DNA of 64,000 bases, taken from the NCBI RefSeq assembly GCF_963921235.1, contig NC_086109.1, forward strand, positions 23,064,001 to 23,128,000, written 5' to 3'. Both the position numbers and the translations under genes were made by a program. Of this stretch, positions 12,766 through 25,100 are shown one piece after another (the stretch's first letter is position 1; each line of letters opens with the position of its first letter). This stretch comes from Mobula hypostoma (Eukaryota). The notes beneath the pieces are model-generated. The model worked only from the letters and a program-made list of their open reading frames with translations, was not told the DNA's origin and did not search any database.

Positions 12766-13149
12766 TCACACAGTGCAAGACTTGTCGGTTGCTTGCTGTG
12801 TTGTTGGGGATCCAAGGCTGGGAGTGCTAGGATTTGTCTTTGGAAAGACCACTGGTTTTGGCCTCAGTGCTGGAGGTTTCACCTGAGCTGCTATTTTCAC
12901 GGACTTAACGGGCCTGAAGGTGCACGGCATGTCCCCAGACGAACTGGCACTCCGCTGCAGAGAAGACTCACAGTCCTTCAAAATCCGGGAATGGAGTGGG
13001 CTGGAAGGCTCGGATGTGGGGCCCATTGACGGAGGAGTCTTCATGGGCTCTAGAGTATCTAGGACCACATCGGGGGCGTGCTTCACTGTACTCTGGCGCT
13101 CCAACTCACGCAACTCATTAAGGGCCGAGTTCATCGTGGCCTCAATATC
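12766..13149 (-). CDS. SRGAP2: SRGAP2 last coding exon ([19 protein letters not shown]...ATDKSCTV*)
   Basis: tctctgtag|GAT; ORF 12766..13134; TGA stop at 12766-12768. Confidence 0.97.
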   Translation of the reverse strand, partial: DIEATMNSALNELRELERQSTVKHAPDVVLDTLEPMKTPPSMGPTSEPSSPLHSRILKDCESSLQRSASSSGDMPCTFRPVKSVKIAAQVKPPALRPKPVVFPKTNPSTPSLGSPTTQQATDKSCTV

Positions 13150-16100
13150 CTACAGAGAAAAACAAACAGGAGGCATTAGGATGTACCGAAGAGCCGAGAT
13201 GTTAACAGACATCTTAAAGTGGAGCGCGAAACATAATGATGCAAATTAAACCACCCCAGTCAAGCATTCAAGCATTCCACACACCTGCAGCCTGGATTTC
13301 TGCAGCATCTCCAACCCTTTCCCCCGCACCACTCTACACCAGCATTTATGAACCAGATCCTGTTTTACGTTGGTGTGCATTATAAACTGTTGTCCTGCTT
13401 CATTTTAAGCAATTAGTAGTTTGAGTACCCTTCAAGATCTGTGCAAAACCACATCACTTGACTATGCTCTTTGACCAAAAACAAACATGGGAGTCAGAAA
13501 CAGGCCCTGAGGCCCACCATGTCCATGCTGATCTTCAATTACCCATCTACACTAATCCTGGTCACCAGTACTTGGTCCACGGTCTTCTATACGGCTTGGC
13601 AATTCAAATGTTTGTCTCGCTATTCCTCAGATTTGTGGAACGCTTGCTCCTCCCAACCTACTCAGCTAAACACAACCTCGCTACCTGAGCAGAGAGATGT
13701 GAAGAAATTCACATCTAAATTGAAGCGAACTCTGCAAAATTAATCGATCATTTACTTCAGTTATCCAGGATCAAGTTGTACCTATTGATCATAGGTGTAA
13801 GTGCATTTGGAATAAATCGCTTTCAAATGTGGTGAGGATAAGAAAGCTCGATATGAATGCAATTTTTAGATCATATGCTATCCCTCTAAGAGATGGAATC
13901 ATCTTGTTGTGTCTTTGTTCTATCCAACATTTACACATCCCAACTAAATACAGGACTACAAAGAACCTTGTGACTCCATCATAGCCTTAAAAATAAATTA
14001 TGGTTATTTTTAAACCATAAAAATAAACAAAGCAATTATTGTAATTTAAAATAGGGCTTCCTCGAGGTTTGAAGGCACGGCAGATTATAGTACAACGATC
14101 ACGGGATCCCTCAGCAACACAAGGATTTCCGAATGCTCGGGAACTAAGATAAAATGCTGGCGCTTTAGCAGATTCCTGCTGCAGTAGATTTTTAATAGAC
14201 AAGACAGGAAAATACTTCATCTACAGCAAGAGCCTTAGTGAGAGATATTAACTTCTTCATGAATGTGAATTTTCTCTGAAACCTAATTCCACGCTTTCCT
14301 GTTCTGTTCAGAAACTGTGCACAGAGATCTGTTTGACTTAACTTGAAAGCTAACAATTCCTGTGTAACAAACCTCGTGTCACTGCTCACCGGCTAACAAC
14401 ATCAACCAGCCCGCCACCCCCATCATCGTAAATCACTCGGCAGTTACTCAAAGGGCCCCAGACAGTAATGCTATCCTCAGGATCGTATTCCTTCGCTGAA
14501 GACACATCAATAACTATGACTTCACAGCACTCTGCTTTCTCTTGAACAATGAGGAACAGACAGCTACTAACCTCAGAGAGGGAGGGCATTAGGAAAGATG
14601 GGGAGGGTGCGGGGAGCAGAGTAAAACAAAGGATGGACGTTGAAAAAGAAGGGGGAAGGGGGAAGCACAGGGAAAGGAGGGATTCTTGTGGGAGGCTCAA
14701 ATTAATATCTGCAAATTAAGTTTGGCTTGCTTTTCTTATCTGAGGTTGTGGAAGGCTGTGATTGCTGGAGTTTAGTTGAACCTTCAAGACTAAATTCAAT
14801 AGATTTTTGCTGTACAAGTCTCTTTGTCAACTGCTTCAAAGGATAAGGAGTGATAATGGGAAAATCGGTGCAGATCAGCTATGATCTAATGAAACACCAA
14901 CTGGTGCAAGGAAGTGAATTATTAGGTGGATTCAGTGCTGTGTATTCAATGCAGTTTAATGAATCTTCTGATTCTGTGTTCCCTATGCAAAGTCAATGTC
15001 ATGGTGCCGACGAGCATTATTTTGTTCAATGTTCCCTCTACAGTGCGCGTATGCGCGCACGCACACAGTTTGCTACTAGTGCACAAAGGAATGTAAACTG
15101 CGCACAAAATGTTGTCACCCTCTACCTCGTCAGCATGTTAAGTATATTTCACGATCGTACACAATCTCATTTCCTTTCCTGGTTTCTGATGCGGACGGTG
15201 TTGACAATATGGAGTTTGCAATGATTTGTCTGCAGATTTTAGAACTGACTGTTTGTATTGAAGAAATGATTGATTCACTATGTTGAACTTCAAAGAAGCA
15301 AAGGGCGTGAAATGCAGAAGAACTGCTAGTTCATTAAAGCAGAATGGTTTATTATCCTTAGAGATCCTTCAGGTTTACTTCCACTTAAAAATTCAGTCTG
15401 CACATGTTGCTGTCACTGGGCAAAAAAATTGCACAGCACAAAATTTTTCCGTACACAGGCCATTACTTTTGCTTACAGTTCCAGTGCGCATGTATCCTTC
15501 TGGGTATGTGCTGGGCAAAGCCCAGTACATGTAGTCATTTCGCAAACATCTGGCCATTCTTTACTCTGTGTAAAGGCAGTTGGCAGGAGTTAGGAACCAA
15601 TATTACACCTTCTTTTGACTATTGATTGCTAAGTGCTGTGTATGTTTTGTACCTTGGACCCAGAGGAACACTCTTTTGTTCGGCTGTGTCCATGTATGGC
15701 TGAGTGCTAATTAAACTTGATTTGATTTGAGTTAAGGTTGTAAGGTATGGAACTGTACCTGCGCAATAGACTCTGGGTCCAGTGGCTTGTGGTTACTGAA
15801 GCTTTTGGACCTTCCTGCTGCCACCACCTTACGGATCTGTGGACTGTCTGCCCTGTTTGCCGAGGGCCGGCGGTTGATTGAGTTCAGGCTGCCGTGTGTC
15901 ACAACGGGCCGCTTCTCTGGCGTTTCCTTGGAACTGATTTGGGTTACTTGTGGAGAGCCCTTGGGACTGGCAGAGCCTTGGGGCGCACCATCTGTGGGTG
16001 AGGAAGCCAGTCCAGTGAGACTGTGACTGTCAGTGGTTCGGAATGACCGCCGGATACTCCCGGATTCCTGTTTCTTCTTCTGCCTAGATTAACAGTGCAA

Positions 16101-19100
16101 AAGAATCACTCAGAGAGAAAAAACTTCTTTGAAGCGCAGACACCACCATCTCTGAACGCAGCCCTGAACAACTACCTCAAAGTCCAAAGCCTTTCTGCCA
16201 CTCCCTCCCGACAGACGTTTCAAATTTCCAGAGCCACGAGAGAGACACTCATTGACGTATCCGACAAGACTGTTCAGGAGGCTATTGATATGACTTGGAC
16301 AGGAACTATCTCTATAAGCAGATTCTGTACACTTATCTTTAAACACAGCATAGCTTCAGGACAGTGATTCTGACCTGCTAAGGTTTGCTAAGTAAATGTC
16401 GGCAACATGTCCGGTTGGTGAACCAATGCTGGTCTTCGACAGGGGTCGTTCCTCCAGCGGTGGGGCACTGCTGGGCTCAATATCTCCTTTCGGGCTCAGG
16501 CGGTCAGAGAATGCATCATCACTGAGAGAAGAACGAAGGGTAATTAAAAATAAACACGAGAACATCTGCAAATGCTGGAGATCCAGAGCAACACACACAA
16601 ATTGTTGGAGGAACTCAGCAGGCCAGGCAGCGTCTATGGTAAAGAGTAAACAGCCACCGTTTTGAGCAAAGACCCTTCAACTGGACTGGAAAGATTATCT
16701 TTCCTCTTTCTTTCCAGTCCTGATGAAGGGTCTCGGCCCAAAGCGACGACTGTTTACTCGTTTCCATAGATACCACTGGGCCTGCTGTGTTCTAATAAAA
16801 ATTAAAATGGAAGGGAGGGAGGGATAGACAGAGGAAAAGACGAGCAGGGTGGACAAGTAATGGAGGGGAAGTGATAGAGGATGGGATGAAAGACATAGAA
16901 AGAGGGAGGGAAGAGGAAGAATAGAGAGAAGAGGGTAGGAACAGAAAAAGAAGTTAAGAGAGAGAGGGTTGGTGAAGGAAAAGGAGAAGGAGATGGGAAA
17001 GAAAATTGCATGGAAGAATCATTAGCAGAGGAAAGGGAGGAGGGAGAAAGGGAAGGGGAGTAGAGAAAGAAGTGGAACAAAGAAAGGATCAGAACAGGAG
17101 GGTCAGGGAGGGGAAGAAGACACGTGGATGTTGCAGACGTGATGAAGGGAGATGTGAAGAGATGGAAAAATGAAGAAGAATGCAGTAGAGTGTTGGAGGA
17201 TTGAGTGGGTGTGTTAGTGCAGAAATGGATAGGGAATACAGGAATTACAGAGCAGGTGGGAAAGGAGATGGAAGGAAGAGAAAAAGTGAGAATTTGGGCT
17301 GAGAGGAGATAGAATATTTTGTGAGAGGAGGCAAGAGACAGATAAACTCAATTAATTTGCCATGGCACAATTAAAAATACTGTATTAAATTAAGATAGTG
17401 TAAACAAAATAAAAACTTGGAGACCCATCTCTGAAACTATACTTTGCAGTTTGCATTTCATATATCGGTAGTTATAACACTATCACAGCACAAAGTCACT
17501 GACACTCAAGGTGGGTTGAGGACACTGGTATTTAGAATTCTATCCCAGCACAGTGAATTTTGAGATTATATAAACATTGAGAGGATAAGAAAAATGTGAC
17601 AGATGCTGGAAATCGGAAATAAAACTAAATTGTTGGAAGTAGTCAGCAGACCAGGCTGCAGATGTGAAGATTTGGTGAAAGGTAATCTTCCTGAAACAGT
17701 AGTTTGCAAACAATGAGCTACTTTAGACAATTTCTAAAGATATGCTGGCAGATTAGTGAGGGCAGGAACCGTTTGATATGAATGAATGTGAAAAAATATT
17801 CGGGTGACGTGGGAGCGCATCGCATTACAGCACCTGCTGCAAGACTGGGGTTTGATTCCTGCCGCTGTCTATAAGGAGTCTGTGACTCCCGAGTTTCCTC
17901 CGGGTGCTCTGGTTTCCTCCCATATTCCAAAGGCCTATGTTTAGTGTTAGTGAATTGCAGGCATGCTATGTTGACACTGGAGGCATGGCAACAATTGCGG
18001 GCAACCCAGCACAACCCTTGCTGATTTGACTTGATGTATATGATGGCGCTTTGCTGTCTCGGAGAGTTCCACGAGCTGTGAGCAAAGCATGCAGCCTGGT
18101 GGCCAGGAAGCCAAGAGCAGGCCCATGATCAACTCCACCTCTCGCCAATTAAAGCACTAGGAAGACGGATATCATCGAGGTGGGTGCGGAAGGCAAGCGC
18201 ATGTTCAGTGCCGTCCATCAATCTCCCGTTTGGTGCTGGAAAAGGTGTCTGTGTGTGATGATCTCTCCCTGCCCCTGTCCTTGTGTTTGAGTAATCTCTC
18301 TCTCCCCCTTGATGCTGTCGGCGGATGGCGCCGGAGCAACGTGGATTATAGATTTGGACTCCAATTCAGTTTTTATGATGTGTTCTATTTCTAGTCCTGG
18401 TTCTGGTCGCTCTTTTCTGTTACTACTTTTGGGTGATTTCTGAATCAGGATGGCCTGCAGATAATGACGACTGAGCTGAACCGAGCTAAAATATGCCTTT
18501 TGATTTTGTGTTTTATATTCTGTAGTTTTGCCCATTTTTTTGTTGCTGTTGGCGCAATTCCTTTGTGGCATTGGTGGAGGGGGGGGGGTTTGAAGTTTGA
18601 CATTTTTCTTTAAATGGGTTACTTCCATGGTTTGTTTCATGACTGTCTGTGGGAAAGACGACTTTCAGGGTTGTATACTGCGTACACAGATAATATCAGG
18701 GTTATATACTATACATACTTTAACAATAAATGTACTTTGAATCTCTAATCTTTGAATTTCACTGCATGTTTCAATGTACATGTGACAAATAAAGCTAATC
18801 TTTACCTTTTTTCTTTACAAACAAGAGCAGGAAATGAGTGTGTGCACTGTGTAAGAATATGCAGTAAGGTTAACAGAGAGACCCTGTGGTTCAAATATAG
18901 AGCATCTTGAACATATAAGCAGAGGAAATTGAAAAATGTACTCATAGTGCTTTGGGTTTTATAAATAGAAGCAGAGTACAGAAGTATAAAAAGGTGATGG
19001 TTAATTTATATAGAACATAGGTCAGTCTACAGCTAGAGCATTACATTAAGTTCTTACCATCACATCATAGAACAGATGGAGTGAAGACCCATCCAAGTGA

Positions 19101-22100
19101 TACGTGATGGTAGATTACAGATATGAGAAAAGATTCTTACCTTGAGATGACATTTAGAAAACCAGAAAAAGCAGAAAGGGATAGTGAGTGCGATTTTTAT
19201 TTTCAGTAAAACTTAAAACTTTTGACATGATGATCAAGAAAAGATTATTTCTTTGACAAAGGGACATTAGTGACAAGCTTTTCATCTTCGAGCACAGAGA
19301 CTGAGAGAAATTTCAAGGACTGTTGGAACATGCAATGCTTTGTTACAGGGAACAATGGAGAGAGAGATGAGTGCATCTTTTCCGGGAAAGAAGTTTAGAT
19401 TGAAAGCAGAGATGGGTACAAGTGTATGGAGAGAAGGCAGGCTAGTAGGACCATCTTTGGATTGCTTTAGCAGAGGGCCACGAAGGGATGAGCTGCTCAA
19501 AAATATTGTAGCCAAAGACTTAAGTATTGATAAGAACGTACGTGTCTTGGACAACAATGTATTGATGTGGGACAAGTCCATCTATTCCATTGTGTCGGCC
19601 CTCCCACCAGTCCTCTGAAGCTCTCTGATAGAGCAGTAGACTCGCGCCCTTCTTAAAGGAGAGCTCCCGGGCTGTGCGTCCAGTGTAATCAAACTTTGCA
19701 ATGGCTTCTATCGGCTCACCTTCTACAAAAGGAAGAGAAGCAAAATCATTGATGAGTTAAGTGAACTATTTAGATTGCGCCACTTGCCCCTCCCATAAAT
19801 CTCCCTATCCCTTTCTTAATAGACACTCTAATATTGGATGTCCTGCCTTAATTGGTCCTGGCACTTACTGCACGAGCATCTGCTGAAAGCTGACAAAATA
19901 TGAGACTTACAGGTCATGTCCATGCAGCACCAATCACTCACATGGACCGGACAGAAGAAAGGACAGCAATCAAGTGAACTGATTATTACAATTGCTGAGC
20001 TGAAACTCATATTCACCACAACAGTAGGCATTTCAAGCTCTCTAGACAGTTTAAATATTACAGCAGGTAGTGTATTTACCTGATGCCATCAATTGGGCAA
20101 GTGTCTGTGAAACTGGCAATAAAATATTACAGCAACATTGAAAACACACCCTTCTCTTATGATCCCCATGGTTGAGAAGGAAAAGAGCAATGACTTGGTA
20201 ACATCATAATTTCCAACTTACACACACTGCAGATTTATATACATGATTCACTCTTAAATGTTGTTGGTATGAGCCCTGGAACTGCTGACCTAAGCAATGG
20301 GCAATGTAGTGATTCAAGAAAATCGCCTCACCCTCAACTCAGGAGAAAATGTGCCAATCTTGCAAGAAACGACCTGAGAACTATCTTCTTTGGATGCTGC
20401 TTTGAAAAACTGAAAGATGTGAAATAATCTTTGTTGGTGCTGGTCGACGCAGCGTGTTCCCATGGCTGCACAGTGGGAGTCCGAGGGCAGGGGCAGGGGA
20501 GGCACGAATAAGCAACTCAATGTGGATGCCACAACAGAAAACTGGTGACTTTGTTTCATTGTGTGGGCCGTCAGCTATTACTAATTGTTTGCCAAGTTCA
20601 GAAGTCCAGCTCTTTGCATTTTATATTCAATATTCATTTTGGCACAACGATTTGCATTACAGCATTCCGAAGGCCTGTGAGCTCAACACATTCTTTTTGA
20701 CTATCCTCATTCATTCAGTTTAAGGTCAATGCTAGAATGACATCATTTGGACAAAGTTATGTGTGTCAAAACAATATTTATGGCAAGGTGCTAACAAAAG
20801 GGGAGATTCCCTGGTGAAAACTGATTCTTTGCTAACTGTGCCTTGATTAGATTTTCTTCCAGCCAATGCCTCCTTTCTTTCTCATCTCCTTCTTTCCCTT
20901 GATGGGATACAGTCCATTCACTAAAACCCAGTTCTAGCAGATATATTAATTTGTCCATCTGAGTAGACACGTGCTCATGCATAAAACTGAAAGTTGATCT
21001 AATCCAGGGGTTCCCAACCTGGGGTCCACAGACACCTTGCTTAATGGTATTGGTGCATGGCATGGAAAAAAAGGTTGGGAACCTCTGATCTAATCTGAAT
21101 CAATCCGAGTATAATTTCCACCCATACCTGAATAACCCCAGAGAGGTTGGCAGAAAAACAGATAAGAAGAACTTGCTATACTGCAGATAGAGTTTTGATC
21201 AAAAATAGAGGACAGCCAGTGTAACACAAAGCAAATCATCTGGATCTGGATAAAGGACTGAGATGGGCTGCTACAGTTAGACCCGAATCGACCTTGAACA
21301 TTTTATCCAAACATACACCTATCCTAACATGAATCCGGCACATTCAGTCAGCTCCTGTCAGATGACTAAGTTTCAAGCCTGGGTCAATATTTATCCTTTA
21401 ACCAAATTAATTAGGTCAGATGATCTATTGATTTATTCCATTTCTGCTTGTGGGATTTTTTGACTGTGGCATGTCCATCTTTCACTACAATTCAAAATAA
21501 ATAACTGGCTGAAAAGCTCTTTGTGATATCTCGAGCGACCTAAAATGCAAGTTCACCTTTTTTAAAAAATGGATACACTGCACATTCAACACCAAAGCCA
21601 AAATCAGTACAGTACTTTCACTTTAAGTGTATTTCTGAACAGACGACACCAGATGGCGAGGAGATAAGTTGGAGAGTAGTGGTGGGGGTGTTTCCGCTGC
21701 ATGAGAACATTGACTAATCTCTCTCTGTCCTGGCCCATACCTAACGCTATTCACCTAGCTGGGATCACCCTCACGACCACACTATGTATTTTCCTATTCC
21801 TGTCTCAGCCACTGTCTACACTGATCAACCACAGGAAGGAGCAGTGTATTTTTCCAACATCTGCAATAATGATGGAACATTCAGCTAAAATATAACTGCT
21901 GAGCTTTGGGTTTATATACTTGGAATCGGAGAGTCATAGAGAAGTATAGCACAGAAACAGGCCCTTTGGCCCATCTAGTCCAAGCCCAAACCATTTAAAC
22001 TGCCTAGTCCTATCAACCTGCACCAGGACTATAGCTCTCCATACTCCTCCCATCCATGTACCTATCCAAACTTCTCTTAATCCCAGAAATTGAACTTGCA

Positions 22101-25100
22101 TGCACCGCACTCTCACAGCCCTCTGAGTGAAGTAGTTGCCCCTCATGTTCCCCTTAAACATTTCACCTTTCACCCTTAACCCATGACTTCAGGTTGCAGT
22201 CCCACCCAACCTTAGTGGAAAAAGCCTGCTTCCATGAATCGGAAGACAGAAAGATAATCAGCACTGGCCACAAAGGAGGCTGAGAAAACTAAAATGATTA
22301 ATTTTTTAATGTATTTATAAATGTATGTCTGCTGGCATACAACAACTTGAATTTAAAAATGCTCCATTTAACTGCTGTCTGATCTTATGCTCTACTGAAA
22401 TTTGTGGCAACCTGTTTTATGTCAGTTTCCCGTTGGAAGGGTAAGGTTAAAACCACTCCCTCAGAATATTGCTTGCCTTCCCGTGCATCATAGCGTCGGA
22501 GTTAAGGACCAAACAAGTCGGCCCCTGATGGTGAGCTAACGTTTACAGATCTGCAGAATGCACGCTCACACACACACAGATCTCTGTCCTGCCAAATGGC
22601 AGACAAGACAATGTGGAATGGAACCGGGCTGATCACAGTAACTCATTCACTGTCTGCAGCGGGAGAGGAAACGAAGAATACAACCGAGTTGTAGAAAGGT
22701 CACCCTTTCCTTCAGGGGAGGTCAATTAGAAGAAAAATAGTCTTGTTTGTACTGCTGAACTGCACGTCAGAACATCACATGGCTTTCAGTACAGAGTAAA
22801 AGTGCAACTATGCAGTAAGCCAGTGACCAAGCTATCACTGACACTTGGGAAGCACATATTCACATGCAAATTCACATGTACATAGTTGCACACATTGTCA
22901 CAGACGCATACACGTTCTTCCTTTCCCCCTCAAGAGCTAGAAAGCTGGAGAAAAAATTTCAACCATCCCTGACAGCTTTCACAAAAGATAAAACTGATAA
23001 TTCTGAAATAACAGCAGTATTTTTTTCAAAACAGAACAGAAACAGCCCGATTAAGATTGAATCTCCCCCTCAGCTTCCGTGACAGAACAGCTGCAGAGAA
23101 GCCCCCTGTGGTTCTGTGATACCCAATATCCTTAGCTCCTCCTGTGACCCTGGGACTGGGCCAAGACATGGCAGACAGAGGCTTCAGCAGATGGGGCAGA
23201 CCAAGCAGAACAGGAACCCCTCTTGAATCTAATACAGCTACATGTGCTTATGCAGGACCTTGAAGTAGTGAAAGACCCAAAGATGCACCAGAGCAATAAA
23301 AAATCCACGTTGACCCCGAGCCACGCCGAGGCAAGCAAATAGCACCCCACCAATGAGGAGCAGTAAACGAAGTGACAAAAGAGGGGAGGGAAAGAGATGT
23401 TGAAAGTTGAAAGGACAGACAACAACCAATGTGCAACAAAAAAAAAGGACAACAAATTGTTCGGTACAAAGAGAGAGAGAGAAAGAAAACAATAAATAAA
23501 TAAGCGATAAATATCGAGAACATGAGATGAAGAGTCCTTGTAAGCCAGTCTAGTTCAGTGACAGGCGAGTGAAGTTCAAGAGACTGATGGTTGAGGGGTA
23601 ATAAGTGTTCCTGAAACTGGTGGTAAGGGTCTTGAGGTTCCTGTACCTCCTTCCTGATGGCAGCAACGACCAAGGCCTGGTGGTGGGGGTTCCTGAAGAT
23701 GGATGTTGCTTTCCTGCGGCAGTGCTCTGTGTTTATCTGTGCAATGGTGGACAATGTACCTTTTGGAGGCTTTTTCACAGCAGGCCATGATGCAACCTGG
23801 CAACTTCAGAACTGGATGCCAGGTTGCTGGAAGACCTAACTGAGTATAATGAGGTGTTGAAAATCAAGGATGAATTGGAGGGGCTCAGAGGTCGCACGAG
23901 AAAAGGTTAGGGACGGGCAGGATAAAAGCATGGTGAGATTTGAACACATTGATGAGAATTTTAACTAGCATTCGATCACATGCCATTGTTCTTGACTAGG
24001 TCACTGTCAAGGAAGTTGGTTAGATGAGTATTTGATGATCGGCATGGGTACAGTGGGCCAACGGTCCTGTTTCTACCTAGCATGAACTGTGGCAAGGCTG
24101 ATGGATATTGACGGCAATATTTTTTGAAGAGAAATGTGGAAGGGGTGGGAGGTGGGAGGCTGGCCAGGAATGCAGAGGGATAATTGAGTTTGGAGTTAAT
24201 GAATGCATAATCCCCTTACTTGGCTTAGTCACTTCTTGTCTGAATTAGCAGCAGATATGCCAAATGAGCAGTAGCAATGGCACCGCTCAGGAGGAAGATG
24301 GCTGCAATTAAGACTAAACACTAGAGATTCTGCAGATGCTGTGTATTGCAATTAAGACTGTCAGATCACCTCACACCACAGTTCCCTTCTTCTCAATAGG
24401 TAGATCACAACAACCTATTTAAAAATAATTTTCTCTCTTCCTCTGCTTCATTTTCAAATTACATGAATTCTGTGTCTTCTGGTTATAAAACTTGTTTCTC
24501 TATATTTTCTCAAAAGAAAATACTTAACAATTTTTAACACCATTCTTGGCGGGGAGGGGCGCCCATTCTCAGGATCCACTGATTTAAAGAAATGTTCATG
24601 AAACTTTCGTGCTCTTTTCAAAATTATTTCCTATCCCTGGCTGCAAATTAACACGTGTTGCAAGAGATAGCACCTCCTCACCAAAGACTATTCCTTATTG
24701 CTGACCACCTTGAGAAAAATAGATTAGTTTTTAGTACAGAGTATTAGCCTTCCTGGTGTGTGTGCAATGCCTAAATTCAAAGCTTAGTTATTTTGGATTA
24801 GTTCCACTGAAAGACTTAATGCCAAAAGAAAGTTGATTTGCACAAATGCCCTGTTAATGCACCAATAAACTCTTCCTGCTGATGGCCTCTGTTTGAAGTT
24901 TTTCCCCTTTGTTATTGTGCAACACGTAATTTTGCAAAACAAAACTTCAGTGAGTGGGTTATGGTTTAATTTGTTTCTTGTTCCAGTAGAAAGGAGCAGA
25001 TTTTTACAGATTTTTTTCCTTTAAAGCACAGAATCAGAATCAGGTTTAATGTCATTGGCACACGTGAATTTTGCGGCATGCATCAGCAGCACATTGCAAA

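Noticed and set aside
12680-13249. Plus-strand ORFs over the last SRGAP2 exon (likewise 15787, 16396, 54123, 58028)
   Set aside because: Antisense shadows of real coding exons
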